DNA from: Bacillales bacterium
Lineage (GTDB): Bacteria > Bacillota_I > Bacilli_A > RF39 > UBA660
DNA: 57,882 nt
Assembly: GCA_016288305.1 (NCBI GenBank)
Contig: JAEEYW010000001.1
Location: 1 to 57,882, forward strand
Direction of reading: 5' to 3'
The position numbers and the translations under genes are program-made. This document shows, piece by piece, positions 38,101 through 45,179 of this stretch (positions within the stretch are counted from its first letter, which is position 1; each line of letters opens with the position of its first letter). The notes under the pieces were generated by a model. The model saw only the letters and a program-made list of their open reading frames with translations. It did not search any database and was not told the DNA's origin.

Positions 38101-41100
38101 ACCAACGTTATCGTATACGATGGTGCATACTTGTGTTGAAGCAACATCTGTTATAGTTATTGCAGTTGATGCAGTTTCTAATGTCGTAGGTGTACAGCCT
38201 GTTCCTTGACACCATTTGTATTCTTTAACGCCTGAGCCAACATCTGATGGTGTCATAGTAACTGCAACATCACTTGTATACCATCCATTACTTCCTGTAG
38301 TACCATCAATATTGAATGACATAGTAGGTTTTATTGCATCTCTCGTAATAGCATACCATGTTTTACCTGTATTACTTGATGATAATGTTATTGTTTTATT
38401 TGTTGCATTGTATGCACTATTTGAAGATGTACTTGCTGAATTTGTATCAAATCCTATAATTGTATAACCACTTCTTGTAATTGTTGGAGCTGTAATGACA
38501 CATGTTGTTGCTTGCGCTTCTCCATTATACGTAGCTACAATTGTACAACTTTGATCACTTGTTGATGATAATGTTGCTCCATTGGCATTAAATTTAGCTA
38601 TATATGTCAACGCACTTTTTGTTGTGATTGCATAATATGCTACATTTCCACTTATACTCTTAGCTGTATTATGATTCCATGATGATGTTGTTGCAGTAGC
38701 TGATGTTCCATATCCAACTACCGTTGGTGTATTACTTGGTGCTATGATTGTTGGTGATGTAATTGAGCAACTTGTTGCTTGCGCTGTTCCATTATATGAC
38801 TCAGCTATTGTACAACTTTGTGTAATACTTGCTTCTGTTGATGCACTTCCACCATTAGGTGTTTGACTTGCTGCACCATTCTTATAGAATGTTACAGTAT
38901 ATGTCACAGCACCTTTTTTAGTTGTTGCATCATATTCGCCATTATCGCTTACTTGTAATTCTGTTTCTGGCGTCCAAGTTTGGGGACCTGACCCTGATTT
39001 TTTAGTCCATCCAACTACGGTTGGTGTATTACTTGAAGCAGTAATCTTAGGTGATGTAATCTTACAATTTGTCGTTGCATTCCACATTTCACATGATAGT
39101 GAAATTGGTATTGTTGAAGAAGAACCGATACTAGATGCACCATTTGGATTAAATGTTATTGTTACTGTCTTCTTCCATATTGCATATAGTGTTGTTCCAC
39201 TATTAGCTGTATATGAAGCACCACTTGCATATGATACTGTTGTTGTTGTAGCACTAGTACCCCATCCCATAAATGTATATCCTGTTCTTGTTGGTACTGC
39301 TGTTGTTATATTAGTACTTAAATCTTGGATTTTTGTAGTTGTTCCTACTGTTCCAGATCCACCATTTACATTATATTCTATTGCGTAACTTCCTATTGTT
39401 ATCGCATTACTTGTTACTGATAGACCTGCTTGCGTTGATACTACTAATTTATATGTTCCTGCTTGTGTTGTCGCATAATTACTACTTGTTGCTCCTGATA
39501 TTTCTATATTATTTCTATACCATTGGTACTTATATCCTGATACAGTTGTTACAGGAGTTACTGTTGATGTTAATACATTTTGATTATTTGATACACTCTT
39601 TGCTATTGTTGCTGATGGTGCGTTTTTGTCTACGCCAATTGTATATAATCTTGTTGCCACATTTCCTGCATTATCTGTCGTTGTTACAGTAACGACCGTA
39701 CCTGATGTATTGTTTGTTATACTTGATGGGCTTACAGTTGTTGAAGCATGTCCTGATAAGCTATCAGATCCATTTATTGCATTTATTGTTACGTTAGAAG
39801 TATACCAATCATTTGTACCGCTAGTACCGGTAAACGTTGCTGTACCTGCTGTTGGGGCTGTCTTATCCAGTTTATATGCATCACTACATATAATAGGACT
39901 TGTCTGATTATAATTATCAGTTGCCTGTACACAAATTCTATTATTTCCGCTTTCTGTGCTTATTAAACGTGTTGTGGTAGTACTTGTCACAATAGAACCG
40001 TTTGTTGGATTACATGTATCTGTTGTCGCTGTACATACTTTGAATTCTTTTATACCATGTCCTGAATTATCTGTTACATTTATTGTTACATAGAAATCAT
40101 TTCTAGCCCATCCATTACTATTTATTGCCCCGGCTGCTGCTGTATAACTTACTGATGGTGCATCTGTTTCTATCGTCACTTTTCTTGTAACTGTTTTAAC
40201 GTTACCAGCATTATCTGTCGCTGTATATACAATATCATGCACTCCTGCTTTTGATGTATCAACTGTTTTAGGATTATAATCTAATTCATATATACCACTA
40301 AGTCCATCTTGAGCAGATGCTTCTAAATTAACTGTGCCATTTTTAGCCACAACTAAATCTCCTATACCTGTAATGATAGGTTTAACTGTATCTACTTTAA
40401 TTGTGCTACTACATAGCTTTTCACTATTATTTCCTGCTTTATCATATGCTACAGAACATACTTGTGTTCCTAAACCATCTGTAATAGAGACTGTCTTTTT
40501 GCCTGTCTCTTTATTTGTAGGATCGCAATTATATCCCGTGCACCATAGATAATAATCTACTCCTGACTCTAAATCAGTAGTTTCAATTTCGACATATACG
40601 TTACTTGTATACCAATTATTATTTCCTTTTGTTCCTGTAATATTATAATTCAAATTTGGTTGTGTTTTATCTACTTTAATTGTATATTCTCTTGTTGATG
40701 TGTTTCCAGCTTTATCTGTTGATGTTACTGTTACTGTAGTACCATTAGTATTATTCGTAATAGAAGCTGTATCAACTATTGTTGTGCTATGTCCTGATAA
40801 AGCATCTGATCCATTGATAGTAGCTATATTGACATTCGATAAATACCAATCACCTATGCCTTTTGTGCCAGTTATTCTGATTGTACCTGCTGTTGGAGCA
40901 GTTTTATCTAATTTATATGCATCACTACATATTACTTCACTTTTTTGCCCATAATTATCTTCTGCTTGGACACAAACTCTATTGTTATTACTTTCTGTAC
41001 TTATTAAACGTGTTGCCGTAGTATTTGTTATTACTGATCCATTTGTTGGATTACATGTATCAGTTGTTGCTGTACACAATCTAAATTCTTTAATACCATG

Positions 41101-42105
41101 TCCTGAATTATCTTTGACATTGACATTTACATAAAAGTTTTCATTAGCCCAACCATTACTATTGATTATGTTATCTGCTATAACAAAATTAACTGTTGGA
41201 GCTTCAGCTGAAACATTAACTTTTCTAGTCAAACTCTTAGTATTTCCAGCTTTATCTACAGCTGTATAAGTAACTGTATGAACACCTGCTTTAGATGTAT
41301 CAATACTTGTTGGTGTATGTGTGAAAGAAGATATTCCACTCGTAACATCTTGAGCACTAGCATTTAGATTTACGCTTCCACCTTTATTTACAACAATATC
41401 ACCAATTCCTGTAATTTCTGGTTTTACAGTATCTATCTTGATTGTATCTGTACATATTTTATTACTATTGTTAACAGCCATATCATATGCTATAACACAT
41501 ACTTGTGTTCCTACATTATCTGTAAGTGATATTGTCTTGTTTCCTGTTTCTCTATTAACCGGTTCACAATCCATACCCGTACACCATGTATAAAAATTTA
41601 ACCCCGATTCATTATCAACTACACTTATTTCAACATATGCAGATGTGGTATACCAATTATTGTTACCTAAAACACCTGTTACATTATAAGTTACAATAGG
41701 AGCATTATTATCAACACCTAAATAACCTAATGTGCAGTCATCTGTTTTTTCTAGATCACCATAAAAATTTTTAACATAGCATGAACCATCTAATCTAATA
41801 GATAATGCTGTTAAACCTTTACTATTTGCATATAATTCACCATCAGCTTGAGGTTTATTATCAATACTAACATTGTCATAAATGTTATTTAATTGTTTAA
41901 CATCCTCTTTTTTATATGGATCAATCATACTTTCAGCATAATAATTTTCTGCTGCCCTTATCAAATTAGTAGCCGTCAGCATATTAGCCCTATCTCTTAA
42001 TGTTGCAATAACATTAATAGTTATAGGTGTAGCTATTAAAGCCACTACTGCTAGTATAATAACTACTGTTATTAATTCAATTAATGTAAGTCCCTTTTTT
42101 TTCAT
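35176..42105 (-). CDS. Giant modular type IV pilin-like surface protein (prepilin-type N-terminus plus about 2,150-aa adhesin-like passenger)
   Basis: The probable start is the ATG at 42105 (GGTGA RBS; the track ORF extends to 42141). MKKKG|LTLIELITVVIILAVVALIATPI has Glu at +5. A small pilin head is closed by a Cys pair. Then come three supermodules of about 350 aa of beta-sandwich/Ig-like domains (NNWYTSNVYVEI..D.ESG, DUF5011/HYR-like GIGD..V..G..VNL.A.AQD..SGI....VDTSKAGVH.V.YTA.D.AGN), Listeria-Bacteroides (Flg_new-like) repeats (Y.I.Y.VNGG.G...PTRTGYTF.GWGT...LYAIWKK) and a 28-Cys tail. There is no LPXTG motif and no C-terminal TM segment. Confidence 0.85.
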   Translation of the reverse strand: MKKKGLTLIELITVVIILAVVALIATPITINVIATLRDRANMLTATNLIRAAENYYAESMIDPYKKEDVKQLNNIYDNVSIDNKPQADGELYANSKGLTALSIRLDGSCYVKNFYGDLEKTDDCTLGYLGVDNNAPIVTYNVTGVLGNNNWYTTSAYVEISVVDNESGLNFYTWCTGMDCEPVNRETGNKTISLTDNVGTQVCVIAYDMAVNNSNKICTDTIKIDTVKPEITGIGDIVVNKGGSVNLNASAQDVTSGISSFTHTPTSIDTSKAGVHTVTYTAVDKAGNTKSLTRKVNVSAEAPTVNFVIADNIINSNGWANENFYVNVNVKDNSGHGIKEFRLCTATTDTCNPTNGSVITNTTATRLISTESNNNRVCVQAEDNYGQKSEVICSDAYKLDKTAPTAGTIRITGTKGIGDWYLSNVNIATINGSDALSGHSTTIVDTASITNNTNGTTVTVTSTDKAGNTSTREYTIKVDKTQPNLNYNITGTKGNNNWYTSNVYVEIETTDLESGVDYYLWCTGYNCDPTNKETGKKTVSITDGLGTQVCSVAYDKAGNNSEKLCSSTIKVDTVKPIITGIGDLVVAKNGTVNLEASAQDGLSGIYELDYNPKTVDTSKAGVHDIVYTATDNAGNVKTVTRKVTIETDAPSVSYTAAAGAINSNGWARNDFYVTINVTDNSGHGIKEFKVCTATTDTCNPTNGSIVTSTTTTRLISTESGNNRICVQATDNYNQTSPIICSDAYKLDKTAPTAGTATFTGTSGTNDWYTSNVTINAINGSDSLSGHASTTVSPSSITNNTSGTVVTVTTTDNAGNVATRLYTIGVDKNAPSATIAKSVSNNQNVLTSTVTPVTTVSGYKYQWYRNNIEISGATSSNYATTQAGTYKLVVSTQAGLSVTSNAITIGSYAIEYNVNGGSGTVGTTTKIQDLSTNITTAVPTRTGYTFMGWGTSATTTTVSYASGASYTANSGTTLYAIWKKTVTITFNPNGASSIGSSSTIPISLSCEMWNATTNCKITSPKITASSNTPTVVGWTKKSGSGPQTWTPETELQVSDNGEYDATTKKGAVTYTVTFYKNGAASQTPNGGSASTEASITQSCTIAESYNGTAQATSCSITSPTIIAPSNTPTVVGYGTSATATTSSWNHNTAKSISGNVAYYAITTKSALTYIAKFNANGATLSSTSDQSCTIVATYNGEAQATTCVITAPTITRSGYTIIGFDTNSASTSSNSAYNATNKTITLSSSNTGKTWYAITRDAIKPTMSFNIDGTTGSNGWYTSDVAVTMTPSDVGSGVKEYKWCQGTGCTPTTLETASTAITITDVASTQVCTIVYDNVGNVSDKICSSTLKIDKTKPEINGIADINVNVGATVNLDAGVTCSDATSGVDTCTHSPETVDTSKTGVTNVVYTAKDNAGNVKTVTRKVTVSSGAPIVTFKLHYGYENAINSNGWARNDFVVDIEVYDQSGHGIKEFKVCTATTDTCNPTNGSVVTNTTATRLISTESSNNRICVQATDNYNQTSEVICSDAYKLDKTAPTAGTATITGTLGTNSWYKSNVTLAAVNGTDTLSGHGSTTISATSITSNTSGTNVTVTTTDKAGNSSTRTYTIKVDKTVPTVSVAKTVSSNKNVFTATVTPSTTISGYSYQWYNGTTPITGATGISYTTAEAGTYKVTVTTGAGNAATSTAIAVNSYTISYDVNGGTGSIASTTKQQDLSTNITSTIPTRTGYTFVGWGTTRNTTTVAYASGASYTANSNITLYAIWKKTVTITFDPNGATSIGSASTTAITLSCDMWNEATSCSITSPTITASSNTPTVVGFNTSQNGTTSSWSANTEKSVSDSATYYAITKKDSITYTAKFNANGATLSTAEDQTCTIVASYNGHAQSTNCSLIAPTITRDGYTVVGYNVSANDTSNNTAYNTSTKSLMISANTNNITWYPITYKTITVSYDANGGSGTMEPSTCNMYNTDTSCSVAPRVTNFTKGSYIFMGYGTSTSAVTHNPGTSYSFSSNTKLYAIWRASVTCSEGTLTETSTGYICVANNPVSSREWDWDGTYECCDSESIPYNNSRGCRWSTTSCYNTTSYVRYYRTCDEYSWTTSCSENGEYVTRYSCPSGWSYYSGYDSGMRCYKAATISFKCTTGTLTYNSSLGYICDIGAPTPTTTCSTGSFVNNSSYGYICDVGEAYTRYGDTYCTSVRQTGSYEYTQCTCGWSTHSTCIDDKCRAYSDVCPGSDTGVECGRTCANTGKQQTEWLISCTTYECTGWTTDEYLSCSQGSTYYTNGSYRCYVPTIKACAQGSEYSVNGERRCYIPAS
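36060..37269 (-). repeat. Intragenic block B3 (Ig-like SGYSYQWY domain, Flg_new and Cys-pair modules)
   Basis: Collinear with B2 (for example 36945-37045 against 39290-39390). Confidence 0.75.
37270..38335 (-). repeat. Intragenic supermodule repeat A3
   Basis: Runs from AIKPTMSFNIDG to KVDKTVP. Its landmark lies about 2,345 nt from the A2 copy. Confidence 0.8.
38336..39615 (-). repeat. Intragenic block B2 (Ig-like SGYKYQWY domain, Flg_new repeat, three Cys-pair Flg_new-like modules)
   Basis: Collinear with B3. Together A2+B2 and A3+B3 form a tandem duplication of about 2.35 kb. Confidence 0.75.
39616..40656 (-). repeat. Intragenic supermodule repeat A2
   Basis: Runs from NLNYNITG to GVDKNAP. 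Its KLDKTAPTAGT landmark lies about 1,045 nt from the A1 copy. Confidence 0.8.
40657..41715 (-). repeat. Intragenic supermodule repeat A1 (about 1.05 kb)
   Basis: Runs from VDNNAPIVTYNVTG to KVDKTQP. Shares long stretches of roughly 85-90 percent nucleotide identity (by eye) with A2 and A3, for example around 40940-41120. Confidence 0.8.
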
Positions 42106-42131
42106 ATTATCACCGTACCCTATATAATAGT

Positions 42132-42160
42132 AGTATACCATTTTTTTTAATTAATTTCAA
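42132..42160 (-). promoter_or_regulatory. Strong sigma-A-type promoter of the giant pilin gene
   Basis: Minus strand: TTGAAA (42160-42155), a 17-nt spacer, then TATACT (42137-42132) preceded by TGG (extended -10-like). GGTGATAATATG follows. Confidence 0.6.
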
Positions 42161-42182
42161 TAAAAAAGGGATGTACTCCCTA
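42161..42182 (-). terminator. Short terminator hairpin after the 479-aa pilin gene
   Basis: Minus strand AGGGA-GTACA-TCCCT followed by TTTTTT. The stem is only 5 bp and overlaps the stop codon. Confidence 0.45.
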
Positions 42183-43619
42183 TTTTGTTCTAAGTATACG
42201 TGATCCTATAGAATTAAGTCCAACTGAACCAGTGTCCAAAGCATAATAGTATAGACCATTAGAATTACCATAATCCCATCTACCACCAACTAGAGTAATA
42301 TAACTTCCACCTGCTTGACGATAGCCATCATTAATAACACTACCAGTTTCGGTTGGAAAACTAAATAATGGATATCTATCATCGTAACCTAATGTCTTGA
42401 TAGTTCCATTTGCTTTAGCGTTAATATAACTTAACATCTTGTAACATCCAGTGTATGTATCAACGTTGTATTCCTCTGGTTCAGTACATACATAAGCCAC
42501 ATTATTTTTAAGATTAATACCATCAATAAATTGCCATATATTTCCAAAAATATCTTCCATACCTCTATATATCATACTATGTTTTCCATCATTATTTAAT
42601 GTTCCTGATTTCATTCCTAAACTATCACATCCGCCAGATGGAAGAATAGTTGAAGATGAAGAAACACCTAAACCTAATTTGGCCTGTGAATTATAATCAG
42701 CATATTCAACTAAATATAATATTTGAATTAAGAAATAATGATAATCTAATTGACCAAAACCTTTATCAATAGCTTCTGACTTAGTTCTAAACCATGTCAT
42801 CGTTTGATTAGCCGCTGGCGCAACACCACTCATTGAACGAATTTTATTATCTGCATAGCTTGATGTATATCTTCCTACGGAAAAAGCGTCTGATTTAGTA
42901 TATCCACTAATTGGAAACTCAGATATAGATATATATTCGTAACCATTAGATTGCCATCTTTTATAATAGAATATTGGTATACGCGTTAAAACATCACCTG
43001 TACTACCATCAGCATGATATTTAGCTTCAGAAATATCCGCTACATCTTGATTTAAATCTCTATCATATACATAACTTTTAATAGCACTCCATGGATAAAT
43101 ATTATCAAAATCATTTACAACACTACTTCCATCTTTAGTAGCATTAGCTACTTTACCTACGGCATTGTCATATCTTTCCCAAGCAGAAGAAGTAGAAGTT
43201 AAACTACGTCTAATAGTATATTTAACATTGATATCTGCAGAACTTTTAATACTATAATCAGTGCCATCATAATATACTAAACGATCGTTATTTTTAATAA
43301 GTAAACGCACTACTTTATTACTTTTATAATCAACATCTAATACTTCAGTATTACCTAAATGTACCATTGAAGCAACATTATCTTTAGTCATATTTTCGCA
43401 ATCAATAGTCGTATCAGAATTCATTTTATCTTTCATATTAAAATTTAATAATTTACAATAGTCATCAATATCCCTAACTAAATTTTTAGCTTCATCTAAA
43501 GCTACTGAATCCTTTGAATCATCTATAATATCAATAACTATTGGTGTAGCTACTAAAGCTATAACACCAAGTATAACAATAACAGCTAATAATTCTACTA
43601 AAGTAAACGCCCTTTTCAT
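42180..43619 (-). CDS. Modular pilin: prepilin-type N-terminus fused to a lectin-like module (paralogue of 16830-18629)
   Basis: MKRA|FTLVELLAVIVILGVIALVATPI (Ala at -1, Glu at +5). C55/C74 pair in the head. C-terminal module with YRGMEDIFGNIWQFIDGIN and GGRW...GL...IGSRIL motifs. Confidence 0.8.
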   Translation of the reverse strand: MKRAFTLVELLAVIVILGVIALVATPIVIDIIDDSKDSVALDEAKNLVRDIDDYCKLLNFNMKDKMNSDTTIDCENMTKDNVASMVHLGNTEVLDVDYKSNKVVRLLIKNNDRLVYYDGTDYSIKSSADINVKYTIRRSLTSTSSAWERYDNAVGKVANATKDGSSVVNDFDNIYPWSAIKSYVYDRDLNQDVADISEAKYHADGSTGDVLTRIPIFYYKRWQSNGYEYISISEFPISGYTKSDAFSVGRYTSSYADNKIRSMSGVAPAANQTMTWFRTKSEAIDKGFGQLDYHYFLIQILYLVEYADYNSQAKLGLGVSSSSTILPSGGCDSLGMKSGTLNNDGKHSMIYRGMEDIFGNIWQFIDGINLKNNVAYVCTEPEEYNVDTYTGCYKMLSYINAKANGTIKTLGYDDRYPLFSFPTETGSVINDGYRQAGGSYITLVGGRWDYGNSNGLYYYALDTGSVGLNSIGSRILRTK

Positions 43620-43634
43620 ATTATCACCATATTA

Positions 43635-43664
43635 AGTATACATTTTTTTAACATATTTTGTCAA
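43635..43664 (-). promoter_or_regulatory. Sigma-A-type promoter of the 479-aa pilin gene
   Basis: Minus strand: TTGACA (43664-43659), an 18-nt spacer, then TATACT (43640-43635). GGTGATAATATG follows. Confidence 0.55.
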
Positions 43665-43690
43665 CAAAAAAACCTGTTATATACAGGTTT
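43665..43690 (-). terminator. Rho-independent terminator of rpsP-khpA
   Basis: AAACCTGT/ACAGGTTT stem followed by TTTTTTT on the minus strand. Confidence 0.65.
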
Positions 43691-43934
43691 AAAATGAATC
43701 AATATTGATTTTTACTTTTTTCATTCCATTAGCATAAGCTGAAGCTTGAACTAAAGTTCTAATTGCATTAATGATAGCACCTTTTTTACCAATGACACTA
43801 CCCATAACACTTTCATCAACCAAAACTTCAATAGTTACATATTCATCATCTTCGGCTATTTGCTTTATAGATACCATATCAGGGTCATTAACAATATTTC
43901 TAATTAGAAAACCAGTTAATTCTACTAAATTCAT
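43689..43934 (-). CDS. khpA: KH-domain RNA-binding protein (YlqC/KhpA)
   Basis: 81 aa with a VIGKKGAIINAIRTLV KH motif, immediately downstream of rpsP as in Bacillus. Confidence 0.85.
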   Translation of the reverse strand: MNLVELTGFLIRNIVNDPDMVSIKQIAEDDEYVTIEVLVDESVMGSVIGKKGAIINAIRTLVQASAYANGMKKVKINIDSF

Positions 43935-44203
43935 TATTTAGTTTTTGATTCATGAAATTTCTTCATGATTCCTTCTTGTTTAAATAGACCTCTTACAGTA
44001 TCAGTAGGAATAGCTCCATTAGCTAACCATTTCATAGCTAAAGCCTCATCAATTTTAACCTCAGCTGGTTCAACAATTGGATTATAGTAACCAATTTCTT
44101 CAATAACAGCACCATTTCTAGCATTTCTAGAATCAGTAGCTACTACACGATAAAATGGTCTTTTTTTAGCTCCCATTCTTTTAAGTCTTAATTTAACTGC
44201 CAT
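43934..44203 (-). CDS. rpsP: 30S ribosomal protein S16
   Basis: [31 protein letters not shown]. The GGAGG RBS is spaced for the ATG at 44203, not for the track start at 44209. Confidence 0.95.
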   Translation of the reverse strand: MAVKLRLKRMGAKKRPFYRVVATDSRNARNGAVIEEIGYYNPIVEPAEVKIDEALAMKWLANGAIPTDTVRGLFKQEGIMKKFHESKTK

Positions 44204-44240
44204 GTTCATTCCTCCATTTCTTAATACATTCTATCACATT

Positions 44241-44274
44241 AAAAAAGAAGTGTCAACCTTTTTTAGTTGACACT
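44241..44274 (-). terminator. Rho-independent terminator of cotE
   Basis: AGTGTCAAC/GTTGACACT stem followed by a T-rich run on the minus strand. Confidence 0.55.
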
Positions 44275-44794
44275 ATATATAATTCTCATCAACTTTGTCG
44301 ATTTCTTCTAAAGTTTCATCATTTATATCAGTTATATCGTCCCAAGGTTCCTCATCTTCTTCAATAGCAATCTTCATTTTACTTTCCCCCACTACCTCAA
44401 CACCTAACTCTTTATTTATTTCAAAATTAATACTTCCATCTTCAATCTTAACATCAGTACAATTAGGTTGATTTAATGAACGAACAATTATCTCAGTATC
44501 ACTATCGATAGCATCCTCTTTTATCTTAACATTAAATAAATCATTGTAAGTTATATTTTCACTTACAACATTTGTTTTGGAATTATTATCATATGAATAC
44601 CATACATTAACATCAAATGATCCATCAACGCCTATCTTATTGCCATTTTTATATCCTTTAAACTTATGATTTATAACCCAACATCCTAAAACAGTTGTAG
44701 GAGTTTGTTCAGGTTTAATTGTATACTTATCTTTAAATGACTTTTTTCCTTTACCAACTATAGCTTTCGTAACTATCTCTTTATATAATGCCAT
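44273..44794 (-). CDS. cotE: Outer spore coat morphogenetic protein CotE
   Basis: From the ATG at 44794 (GAGGTGA RBS): MALYKEIVTKAIVGKGKK...LGCWVINHKF...DVNVWYSYDNNSKTNVV...NQPNC...VEVVGESK, plus an acidic tail. This matches my recollection of B. subtilis CotE. It sits next to miaB as in Bacillus. Confidence 0.8.
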   Translation of the reverse strand: MALYKEIVTKAIVGKGKKSFKDKYTIKPEQTPTTVLGCWVINHKFKGYKNGNKIGVDGSFDVNVWYSYDNNSKTNVVSENITYNDLFNVKIKEDAIDSDTEIIVRSLNQPNCTDVKIEDGSINFEINKELGVEVVGESKMKIAIEEDEEPWDDITDINDETLEEIDKVDENYI

Positions 44795-44812
44795 TATATC
44801 ACCTCTCAATTT

Positions 44813-44891
44813 AATGTATGCTATTGCATTAAAAAAGTGCACAAAAAAAAGGACTTAAGTCATTAATTACAAAATCCTATTTCATTGTATG
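44813..44891 (-). promoter_or_regulatory. Candidate sporulation-sigma (sigma-E/sigma-K type) -10 elements upstream of cotE
   Basis: Minus-strand CATACATT (44820-44813) and CATACAAT (44891-44884) fit the mother-cell -10 consensus CATACAnT. The -35 elements are unclear. Confidence 0.3.
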
Positions 44892-45041
44892 GAATAATAG
44901 CATTATATGGTATTTCTGCATATGGATTTACACCATTGCTAAATTCAATACCATCATCATTATAAATTGATATAAAAAAGTATCAATAAATATTAACACT
45001 ATTTAACTATATATTGACATTAGTTCTACTATTTAAATAAT

Positions 45042-45078
45042 AAAAACATCTGATTTCAACTTTAGTTGATTTCAGATG
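45042..45078 (-). terminator. Probable terminator of miaB
   Basis: Imperfect hairpin CATCTGA..TCAAC/GTTGA..TCAGATG followed by TTTTT on the minus strand. Confidence 0.45.
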
Positions 45079-45179
45079 CAACCCATTAAGGGAATGCATT
45101 TGATCTGCTAGAATCAAATGTATCCTTTTTTATTATATGAAGTTTCCTTCACTGCATACATAATAACACAATTATAATA

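Noticed and set aside
44870-44990. A possible small gene in the miaB-cotE spacer (frame ending ...NGVNPYAEIPYNAIIPYNEIGFCN).
   Set aside because: It has no ATG, GTG or TTG start after the upstream in-frame stop and no RBS. It is more likely non-coding or a decayed remnant.
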